32,000 nucleotides of DNA from Candidatus Pelagibacter sp. HTCC7211 (GCF_000155895.1 NZ_DS995298.1:120001-152000); one strand, 5' to 3'; numbered from the stretch's first letter, positions 21,024 to 28,986 are shown. Notes: generated by a model from the sequence alone, not told the origin. Program-made: numbers and translations.

Positions 21024-21130
21024 TAATATACAATAATAGTGTTTAAAAAGTGTGATTTTTAACAAATGCATACCTAATATGCAGAAATCGAATTGTTTTA
21101 AATAAATATTTTTTAAGTTACGAAGTCTAA

Positions 21131-21898
21131 ATGTTTCAAAATATTATAGAAATTTTAATTCTATCAGCAATCCAAGGCATATCCGAATTTCTACCAATAA
21201 GCTCATCGGCACATTTAATATTAGTTTCTAGCTTATATGAGTTTAAATCAAGCTCTTTATTAATAGATATTAGTCTTCATTTAGGTTCTTTATTTGCAAT
21301 AATTTATTTTTTTCGAAAAGAATTACTAGATATTAAAAATAATCAGAAAATCTTGGTTTTAATTACTTTGGGATCAGTTCCTCTTATAATTGTTGGATAT
21401 TTTTTATACACAACAGGTATTATTTATAGTTTAAGGAATATTGAAGTGATTGCTTGGACAACTTTAATATTTGGAATTATTTTATACATTGCTGACAAAA
21501 GTCGTTTTGATAAAAAAATTTCAGCTAATTTAAATTTTCAATCAATTTTAATTATTGGATTATTTCAAATATTTTCATTAATTCCTGGTGTTAGTAGAGC
21601 GGGGATTACAATGACAGCAGCAAGGATTTTGAAATTTAATAGAGTAGACTCAAGTAAAATTTCATTCTTACTTTCAATTCCTGCGCTAAGTGGTGCAAGC
21701 TTTCTTGGATTGAAAGATTTATTTGATCAATCAGTAGAGTTTAATTATCTAGTTATAATCGCAATTGTATCATCGTTCATTTTTTCTTTTGTTACGGTTA
21801 AATTTTTTTTAGAATATATTAATAAATTCTCAATGAACGCTTTTGTAATTTACAGAATTATAATAGCTTTATTTCTATTCTTTATAATTTATTTTTAA
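21131..21898 (+). CDS. uppP: undecaprenyl-diphosphate phosphatase (BacA/UppP)
   Basis: 255 aa polytopic membrane protein. It has the SEFLPISSSAHL motif and the PGVSRAGIT motif. Confidence 0.9.
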   Translation: MFQNIIEILILSAIQGISEFLPISSSAHLILVSSLYEFKSSSLLIDISLHLGSLFAIIYFFRKELLDIKNNQKILVLITLGSVPLIIVGYFLYTTGIIYSLRNIEVIAWTTLIFGIILYIADKSRFDKKISANLNFQSILIIGLFQIFSLIPGVSRAGITMTAARILKFNRVDSSKISFLLSIPALSGASFLGLKDLFDQSVEFNYLVIIAIVSSFIFSFVTVKFFLEYINKFSMNAFVIYRIIIALFLFFIIYF

Positions 21899-22772
21899 TC
21901 TCTGGAGCTAATTGAGAAAATATAACAGCTACTAATATTAATATACATCCAATAATATTATCAATATCTAATATTTGATTTAGAATTATCCATGCTGCAA
22001 TTACTGCAAAAACTCCTTCAAGAGAATATATAATTGCAGCAGGGGCTTCATCTATATTTTTTTGTGCAAACATTTGAAGGGTAAATGCAATACCACCGGA
22101 TAAAACTCCAGCATAAATTATGGATGAACTTTCTAGAAGAATATTTGATAAAACAACATCTTCAAAAGTGTAAGCTGTAATTAATGATAGTGTAGCAACA
22201 AATACTGCCTGTAAAGCAGCATAAAACATTGGGATATCAAATATTTTCATAAATTTACCTGCAAAAATTATGTGAAATGCCCAAAATAAAGAACATAAAA
22301 TTACAAGCGCATCCCCTTTCATAATTTCTGAGTCAGAAAAATTACTTAAAAGATAAACTCCATATACACAAAGGGCAATTGAAGGCCAAATACTCCAATG
22401 AACTTTTTGAGAATATAAAAAAAATAATAGTATTGGTACTAAAGGTACATAAAACACAGTAAAAAAAGCAGCATTTGCAACATTTGTATATTGAAGGGAA
22501 GCTTGTTGTAACGAAGTACCTAAAAATAAAGAAAAACCCATGAACACAAGATATTTAATGAATCTTTTTCTATCTAAATTTATTTGGCTAATAATTTTTT
22601 TTTTTTCAAATATCAATGCAAAAGGTAATATGGCTACAAAACCAACAAGAAATCTAGCTGCATTAAAAGTTAAAGGACCAATATTGTCCATACCCGTATC
22701 TTGAGCGATAAAAGCAGTTCCCCAAATAAATGTTGTAACTAAAGCGCAAATTAATGATAAAGATTTTGTCAT
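21882..22772 (-). CDS. DMT-superfamily (EamA-like) transporter
   Basis: 296 aa, about ten hydrophobic segments arranged as two EamA-like halves. Its 3' end overlaps the uppP 3' end by 17 nt. Confidence 0.8.
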   Translation of the reverse strand: MTKSLSLICALVTTFIWGTAFIAQDTGMDNIGPLTFNAARFLVGFVAILPFALIFEKKKIISQINLDRKRFIKYLVFMGFSLFLGTSLQQASLQYTNVANAAFFTVFYVPLVPILLFFLYSQKVHWSIWPSIALCVYGVYLLSNFSDSEIMKGDALVILCSLFWAFHIIFAGKFMKIFDIPMFYAALQAVFVATLSLITAYTFEDVVLSNILLESSSIIYAGVLSGGIAFTLQMFAQKNIDEAPAAIIYSLEGVFAVIAAWIILNQILDIDNIIGCILILVAVIFSQLAPEIKNKL

Positions 22773-22798
22773 ACTTGATTAATTGATTAGAAAATAAT

Positions 22799-23893
22799 TT
22801 AAAATATGTTGTTGATTTTACAGATACTTTCAAAATCTTCCATATTTATGTAGCAGCCAGCCATTTTTCTTTTCCCCTGAAATGAACCTCGCCCATGTAA
22901 AACTCTCCAGTTATTAAAAATTAAAAGCTCACCAGGTTTTAGAATATGTCTCCATTGATATTCAATATTGTTTGCCAAATTGTCAAATTGAGTAATTGCT
23001 TCATAAAATTTTAACATAAGATCATTTTCCATTCTAAATTCAGCACGATCATAGTTATTAAAGCTTACTTGAGTTAATTCTTTTTTAGAATTGTGTCGGA
23101 AAATTGGTCTTCTTGCTTCAAGTATAACACCATCACCAACATATTTTCCTGGGACCTCAACGTTTGAAAGTATTTCGAATACCTCTTTTTGTTCTTTTAA
23201 AGTTTCAGCAATTTTGAAACCGTCTACCATAATTGACTCTCCACCTGTCGCATCAAGTTCACAGCATAATAATAATTGAAGCCCTGGTGCATCTTTACTA
23301 TAGGTAGAGTCTGTATGAGGTCTTAGTTCTTCTTGAGTATAAGCACTATCAGCCATCCCTGCATTAGACTCGAATTCCCACAATCCTCCAAAAATAGATT
23401 GTCTTACATAACCTATCTTATTTGCAATTGTATCTACAGTTTCCATATTAGTTTTACAATTTTTTATTACACAGAAACCATATTCATGTAAATTTTTAAG
23501 AAAAAATTTAAATCCATCATCAGAGACTACATCATCAAAATTTAGATAAACTTGATCATTAATATCTTTACTTCTCCATAAGGAATATTTCTGATGTGTA
23601 GTGTCTTTTTTAATTAAATTTTTTTGTAAAAATTCCGTTGAATACTTGATCATTTTTTCTGAATCTGACCATAAAATATTAACATAATTGCCATTTTCAC
23701 TTACTGATGCCTCTTTAATGAATAAGTTTGTATCTAACTTAGCAGTAAAAGTTTTTCTTTGGTGGCTTCTTTGATCCCAATTTTCATCATCTTTTGCATG
23801 ATCTCTAAGCCAAATATTGGGAAAATTATCATCTATATTATTTTTAAATTTTACATGAAGACTATTTGGTAAAATTTTAATATTTTGTATCAT
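22799..23893 (-). CDS. Fe(II)/2-oxoglutarate dioxygenase of the gamma-butyrobetaine hydroxylase / trimethyllysine hydroxylase family
   Basis: 364 aa. N-terminal DUF971-like IWLRDH segment, HxD in RPHTDSTY, GGESIMVDGF, and the distal His in NNWRVLHGRGSF. Confidence 0.8.
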   Translation of the reverse strand: MIQNIKILPNSLHVKFKNNIDDNFPNIWLRDHAKDDENWDQRSHQRKTFTAKLDTNLFIKEASVSENGNYVNILWSDSEKMIKYSTEFLQKNLIKKDTTHQKYSLWRSKDINDQVYLNFDDVVSDDGFKFFLKNLHEYGFCVIKNCKTNMETVDTIANKIGYVRQSIFGGLWEFESNAGMADSAYTQEELRPHTDSTYSKDAPGLQLLLCCELDATGGESIMVDGFKIAETLKEQKEVFEILSNVEVPGKYVGDGVILEARRPIFRHNSKKELTQVSFNNYDRAEFRMENDLMLKFYEAITQFDNLANNIEYQWRHILKPGELLIFNNWRVLHGRGSFQGKRKMAGCYINMEDFESICKINNIF

Positions 23894-23923
23894 TTATTAA
23901 ATCTAAGATATTTTTTGTAAAAA

Positions 23924-25189
23924 TTAAATTGCTAATTTATAAGCAAAATTCCTACCTAAATTTTCTTTTAAATCGTTGTTAAATCTTGCTGCCTCCGCAC
24001 CATCTATAATTCTATGATCATAAGATAGAGATAAGGGTAACATTGTTCTTATTTGAAATTTTCCATCTATCAATATTTGTTTTTTTTGAGACTTGCCTAC
24101 TCCTAAAATTGCAACTTCTGGAAAATTAATAATTGGAGTGAAAAATGATCCTCCTATTCCACCCAAACTTGTGATCGTCATAGAGCCACCAAATAATTCT
24201 TTTTTATCAATTTTAAGATTTCTGCAAAGTTCACTAACTTCTTTTAATTCTTTACTAAGTAGTGAAATTTTCTTGTTATTTGCATTTCTGATTTTAGGAA
24301 CCATTAAACCATTAGGTGTATCAACAGCAATCCCGATATGAAAATATTTTTTTAATGTCATTTTTCCAGTTTCAATTTCATCAATAGAAGAATTAAAACT
24401 TGGGAATTTTTTTAAGGAGGCTACTAGTGCTTTAATTATAAATGCCAAAGGAGTAATTTTAATTCTTTCTCCTGTGTACATGTCTTTTAGAGAACTTCTG
24501 AAATTATCCATTTCTGTTATATCTGCCTCATCATGGTTTGTTACATGTGGTATTGTTGTCCAAGAATTAGTTAAATAAACTGAAGATAATTTTTTTACTC
24601 TTGGAATTTCTTTAACTTCAATTTCTCCAAAATCAGAATGTTCAAATTCATTTTTAATTTTATTTGTCTTATCTTTTTTTATTTCAACAATATTTTTTGG
24701 TTTAGATGAAACAAATTTTTTAATATCTTCCTCAATAACTCTTCCATCTTTTTCACTTCCTAAAACTTGATTAATATCCACTCCAAGTTCTCTTGCAAAT
24801 TTTCGAGCTTTCGGACTTGCATAAGATATTTCTTTGGATAAAGTTTTAATTTGATTATTCGTAGCTTGTTCTATTTCTGGCTTAATAACTTTAATTTTTT
24901 TAAACTCTTTTTCAATATTAGGTTTTTCCTCATCTATTTTATTTGTTTGTGGCTCTTTTTCTAAAATTAATATTAAATCACCTTCTGAAACTTTATCTCC
25001 TACTTTTAATTTTAATGATTTAATTTTACCCTCAAAATTAGAAGGGATTTCTACACTAGATTTATCACTTTCAATTGTTATCAGTGGATCATTTGTTTTT
25101 ATTGTTTGCCCTTCAGAGACTAAAACTTCAATAACCTCAACATCTTTAAAATCTCCAATATTTGGTACTTTAATTTCAGTATCTGACAT
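23924..25189 (-). CDS. aceF: dihydrolipoamide acetyltransferase (PDH E2)
   Basis: 421 aa. It has a single lipoyl domain (TIESDKSS, Lys43 codon 25061-25063) and a peripheral-subunit-binding domain (SPKARKFARELGVDINQV). The catalytic domain carries SYDHRIIDGAEAARF. TAATG overlap with aceE. Confidence 0.9.
   Translation of the reverse strand: MSDTEIKVPNIGDFKDVEVIEVLVSEGQTIKTNDPLITIESDKSSVEIPSNFEGKIKSLKLKVGDKVSEGDLILILEKEPQTNKIDEEKPNIEKEFKKIKVIKPEIEQATNNQIKTLSKEISYASPKARKFARELGVDINQVLGSEKDGRVIEEDIKKFVSSKPKNIVEIKKDKTNKIKNEFEHSDFGEIEVKEIPRVKKLSSVYLTNSWTTIPHVTNHDEADITEMDNFRSSLKDMYTGERIKITPLAFIIKALVASLKKFPSFNSSIDEIETGKMTLKKYFHIGIAVDTPNGLMVPKIRNANNKKISLLSKELKEVSELCRNLKIDKKELFGGSMTITSLGGIGGSFFTPIINFPEVAILGVGKSQKKQILIDGKFQIRTMLPLSLSYDHRIIDGAEAARFNNDLKENLGRNFAYKLAI
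24959..25189 (-). repeat. lipoyl-domain coding module, copy on aceF (paralogous to 27997-28227)
   Basis: Same evidence as the aceE copy. Confidence 0.8.
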
Positions 25190-28100
25190 TATAATTTAGT
25201 AGGCATTGGTCTTTCACCATCAATATTATATTTTTTTATAGCCTCTTTCGCATATTTTGAAGTTATTAACTGCTCTTTAGCTAAGACACTTAAACTATAA
25301 GCAACCAAGTGTTCTTTATCCACTTCAAAAAATTTTCTAAGTTTTTTTCTCGTATCACTTCTGCCAAATCCATCTGTTCCTAAAGAATAAAAACTTTTAT
25401 TGGTATACGGTCTTATTTGATCTGAATGCATCCTCATATAATCTGAAGCTGCCATGATAGGTCCCTCTGTTTTACCTAAACATTGCTCTACATATGATAT
25501 TTTTTGATCTTTATCTGGATTTAATAAATTATATCTTTCAACTTCCATTCCATCTTTTCTTAGCTCATTAAAACTTGTAACACTCCAAATTTCACTATCT
25601 ATTTGATAATCATTTTGTAGAATTTCAGCAGCTGATATCATTTCACGTAAAATTGTACCTGAACCTAAAAGTTGAATTTTTGTTTTTTTAAATTTATCAA
25701 ATTCTCTAATCTTATACATGCCTTTAAGAATTCCTTCTTCACAGTTCTTTTCTTTTGGCATCTCAGGGTGAGAATAGTTTTCATTCATTGTCGTAATATA
25801 ATAAAAGACATTTTCTTTTTTTTCATGCATTCGCCTCATACCTTCTCTGAAAATAACTGCTAATTCATAATGAAAGGTGGGATCATAAGTTACACAATTG
25901 GGTATCGTAGATGCTATTAAATGACTATGTCCATCTTGGTGTTGTAGACCTTCACCTGCTAGTGTTGTTCTACCTGCGGTAGCTCCAATCAAAAAACCCC
26001 TTGCTTGGCTATCACCTGCTGCCCATGCTAGATCTCCTACTCTTTGAAACCCAAACATTGAGTAAAAAATGTAGATTGGTATCATTTCTATATCGTGATT
26101 TGTGTATGCTGTAGCAGCTGCAATCCACGATGACATTGCACCAGCTTCGTTAATCCCTTCCTCTAATACCTGTCCACTTTTATCTTCACGGTAAGAGCTT
26201 AATTGAGCTGCATCTTCAGGTTCATATTTCTGACCTTCGTGTGCGTAAATACCTATTTTTTGAAAAAATCCCTCCATACCAAAAGTTCTTGCTTCATCAG
26301 GGATAATTGGAACAAGCCGTGGTGAAATATTTTTATCTCTTAATAAATTTGTCAACATTCTTACCAAAGCCATGGTGGTAGACATTTCTTTTTCACCAGT
26401 TGAAAGTTTCATAAAATCAAAAATATCTTTTGATGGCGTTTTAATTGGCTTAGCGTAAGTTGTTCTTTCTGGCAAAAAACCACCTAAGTTTAATCTTCGC
26501 TCTTTTAAATACTTAATCTCAGGTGATTTATCATCAGGTTTAAAATATTCGATATTTCTCACTTGTTCATCTGTTAAAGGTACATCAAATCGATCTCTGT
26601 AATACATCAAATCATCAATATCTAATTTTTTTGTTTGGTGAGTTGTATTAACACTTTCACCCGTCTTTCCCATTCCATAGCCTTTTATGGTTTTGGCTAT
26701 AATGACTGTAGGACTTCCTTGGTTTTTAGAGGCTTTATCATATGCGGCAAAAACTTTATGTGGATCATGACCGCCTCTATTTAGTCTCCAAATATCTTTA
26801 TCTGACAAACTAGAAACTAATTCACTTGTTTCAGAATACTTTCCAAAAAATTTCTCTCTAACGTATGCTCCATCTCTTGCTTTCATTGCTTGATATTCAC
26901 CATCAACTGTTTCATCCATTATTTTTACTAAATGACCAGTTTTATCATTAGCTATTAATGCGTCCCAATAAGAGCCCCAAATTACTTTTATTACATTCCA
27001 TCCAGCTCCTCGAAAACTACCTTCCAATTCTTGAATAATTTTTCCATTTCCTCTTACGGGACCATCTAACCTTTGAAGATTGCAGTTAATAACAAAGATT
27101 AAGTTATCTAGATTTTCTCTTGCAGCTAAACCGATAGCACCCATGGACTCGGGCTCGTCCATTTCGCCATCACCTAAAAATGCCCAAACTTTTCGACCTT
27201 CATCTTTTATAAGTCCTCTGTTAATTAGATATTTCATGTATCTTGCCTGATATATTGCAAGCATAGGTCCTAACCCCATTGAAACAGTTGGAAACTGCCA
27301 AAATTTTGGCATTAACCAAGGGTGAGGATATGAGGAAAGCCCATCTGTATTAACCTCTTGCCTAAAACTATCTAATTGTTTTTCACTCAATCTTCCTTCT
27401 AAGAAAGCTCTTGCGTACATGCCAGGTGCACTATGTCCTTGAAAATAAACTAAATCTCCACCAAATTTATTATTTTTTGCTCTCCAAAAATGATTCATTC
27501 CTACATCATATAATGTTGCTGCTGATGCAAATGTACCTATATGTCCACCAAGTTCAGGAAATTTTTTGTTTGCCCTGACTACCATTGCAGCTGCATTCCA
27601 TCTAATTAAAGATCTAATTTTTCTTTCAATATTTTGATCTCCATTTGATTTTACCTCAGCCTCTGGGGGGATTGTGTTGATATAAGGAGTATTTTGAGTA
27701 TATGGAATATTAGCACCTTCTCTATATGCTTTATTTATTAGCTCTTTAATTAAAAAGTGCGCTCTCTGATTACCATCTTTAGAAATTACAGCAGATAAAG
27801 ACTCTAACCAATCTTGTGTTTCTAAAGGATCAATGTCACCACTTTTAGTTACTTGAATAATTGACTGCTCTTTTTTTCTAACTGGTTCTTGAGAAATTAT
27901 AGTTTCTTCTTTTTGTTGTGCCATTGCGGCTTCTGCTTGTTTGATAATACTCTCTGTATCTTTTGGAATTGACTTATCGTCTAAAATTTTACCAGAGGAA
28001 GAAACGTTTAAAAGCAAATCATCTTTGGAAACTTTATCACCTACCTTTACTACTATATTCTCTATTTTTCCTGAAACAGTAGAGGGGATTTCAACGCTAG

Positions 28101-28227
28101 ATTTATCACTCTCAATGGTAACTACTGGATCATTTACTTTTATCTGATCACCTTCCTTAACAAGTACTTCGATAACTTCAACGTCCTCAAATTCTCCAAT
28201 ATCAGGGACAACTAATTTTTCTGTCAT
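25189..28227 (-). CDS. aceE: pyruvate dehydrogenase E1, homodimeric AceE type, with an N-terminal lipoyl domain
   Basis: 1012 aa. From about residue 130 (DIDPLETQDWLESL...) it is collinear with E. coli AceE, including GDGEMDEPES. Residues 1-77 form a complete lipoyl domain (TIESDKSS, Lys42 codon 28102-28104), followed by an Ala/Gln/Glu-rich linker. Confidence 0.93.
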   Translation of the reverse strand: MTEKLVVPDIGEFEDVEVIEVLVKEGDQIKVNDPVVTIESDKSSVEIPSTVSGKIENIVVKVGDKVSKDDLLLNVSSSGKILDDKSIPKDTESIIKQAEAAMAQQKEETIISQEPVRKKEQSIIQVTKSGDIDPLETQDWLESLSAVISKDGNQRAHFLIKELINKAYREGANIPYTQNTPYINTIPPEAEVKSNGDQNIERKIRSLIRWNAAAMVVRANKKFPELGGHIGTFASAATLYDVGMNHFWRAKNNKFGGDLVYFQGHSAPGMYARAFLEGRLSEKQLDSFRQEVNTDGLSSYPHPWLMPKFWQFPTVSMGLGPMLAIYQARYMKYLINRGLIKDEGRKVWAFLGDGEMDEPESMGAIGLAARENLDNLIFVINCNLQRLDGPVRGNGKIIQELEGSFRGAGWNVIKVIWGSYWDALIANDKTGHLVKIMDETVDGEYQAMKARDGAYVREKFFGKYSETSELVSSLSDKDIWRLNRGGHDPHKVFAAYDKASKNQGSPTVIIAKTIKGYGMGKTGESVNTTHQTKKLDIDDLMYYRDRFDVPLTDEQVRNIEYFKPDDKSPEIKYLKERRLNLGGFLPERTTYAKPIKTPSKDIFDFMKLSTGEKEMSTTMALVRMLTNLLRDKNISPRLVPIIPDEARTFGMEGFFQKIGIYAHEGQKYEPEDAAQLSSYREDKSGQVLEEGINEAGAMSSWIAAATAYTNHDIEMIPIYIFYSMFGFQRVGDLAWAAGDSQARGFLIGATAGRTTLAGEGLQHQDGHSHLIASTIPNCVTYDPTFHYELAVIFREGMRRMHEKKENVFYYITTMNENYSHPEMPKEKNCEEGILKGMYKIREFDKFKKTKIQLLGSGTILREMISAAEILQNDYQIDSEIWSVTSFNELRKDGMEVERYNLLNPDKDQKISYVEQCLGKTEGPIMAASDYMRMHSDQIRPYTNKSFYSLGTDGFGRSDTRKKLRKFFEVDKEHLVAYSLSVLAKEQLITSKYAKEAIKKYNIDGERPMPTKL
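27997..28227 (-). repeat. lipoyl-domain coding module, copy on aceE (paralogous to 24959-25189)
   Basis: Protein identity to the aceF lipoyl domain is 47 of 72 aligned positions by hand alignment. DNA similarity is also visible, e.g. gggatttcaacgctagatttatcactctcaat versus gggatttctacactagatttatcactttcaat. Confidence 0.8.
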
Positions 28228-28388
28228 TTTTAAAACGGTTTATATACCTAAAAAAAAGTATATTTAATGTTATTTTAGCACATTAATTAGGATTTTTATG
28301 CAAAGCTGTATTTTTATTTCACAAAAATTGTTAATAAAATTAAAAAATACAGTAACTTTATAATATTTTTATAAAATAAATTAATTAA

Positions 28389-28465
28389 GGACCGCTGGCC
28401 AAATTGGATAAGGCGCTCGGCTACGAACCGGGAGATTCCAGATTCGAGTTCTGGGCGGTCCACCA
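28389..28465 (+). tRNA. tRNA-Arg (anticodon ACG), CCA encoded
   Basis: Folded by hand. Acceptor GGACCGC/GCGGTCC, D arm GCCA..AGGC, anticodon stem CTCGG/CCGGG with loop CTACGAA. Variable loop AGATT, T arm CCAGA-TTCGAGT-TCTGG, discriminator A, then CCA. The anticodon arm closely matches E. coli tRNA-Arg(ACG). Confidence 0.93.
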
Positions 28466-28478
28466 AAAAGGAAATTGA

Positions 28479-28577
28479 ATGTTAAATTGGCTATTAAAAA
28501 CATCATTACAAAAATCAGTAATATATTTTTTTATAATTATTTTTATAATTTTATTATTTTTAACTTTTGTATTATAA
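28479..28577 (+). CDS. hypothetical 32-aa single-TM peptide (speculative small ORF)
   Basis: The ATG is preceded by AAAGGAAATTGA (GGA-type SD about 8 nt upstream). Translation is MLNWLLKTSLQKSVIYFFIIIFIILLFLTFVL, ending in TAA. It could be a chance ORF in T-rich DNA. Confidence 0.2.
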   Translation: MLNWLLKTSLQKSVIYFFIIIFIILLFLTFVL

Positions 28578-28584
28578 AAAAAAT

Positions 28585-28986
28585 ATGAGTGATAAATTTG
28601 AACAAATAAGTATTAAGCCTGGATTTATGAAACATAACGGAGGTGTTTTATTTAGAACAATTTCTGAGACAGAATATGAATTTAAATCTACAATCAATGA
28701 AAATCATTTAAATGCTGCAGGGATAACTCATGGTGGTTATTTATCAGCTTTAATTGATGCAGGGGCAGGAACCTCAGCTCATAGAGCAGCTAATGGATCG
28801 CCATGTGTAACTATTTCTTTAGATTTAAAATTTATTGGTGCCTCAAAAGTTGGTGATGAGATAACTGGATTTACAAAAATATTAAAAAAGACAAACACTC
28901 TAATATTTTTGTTTTGTGAATTAAAGTGTAATGACAAAATTATAACTTCTGGATCTGGAGTTTGGAAGATATTAAAAATAAAATAA
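28585..28986 (+). CDS. PaaI/4HBT-type hotdog-fold thioesterase
   Basis: The ITHGGYLSALIDAGAGTSA motif is typical of PaaI-family thioesterases. I prefer the ATG at 28585 (MSDKFEQ...) over the track's TTG at 28567. Confidence 0.75.
   Translation: MSDKFEQISIKPGFMKHNGGVLFRTISETEYEFKSTINENHLNAAGITHGGYLSALIDAGAGTSAHRAANGSPCVTISLDLKFIGASKVGDEITGFTKILKKTNTLIFLFCELKCNDKIITSGSGVWKILKIK

Noticed and set aside
28567-28584. TTG start at 28567 for the thioesterase (track protein begins MYYKKNMSDKF)
   Set aside because: The ATG at 28585 gives a conventional N-terminus. The TTG extension would also overlap the end of the candidate small ORF. The extension adds only six non-conserved-looking residues.
28389-28986. 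tRNA-Arg as an integration site, with the downstream small ORF and thioesterase as a genomic islet
   Set aside because: There is no integrase. I could spot no direct repeat of the tRNA 3' end downstream, and I saw no obvious compositional shift. The flanking TRAP genes look like core genes.
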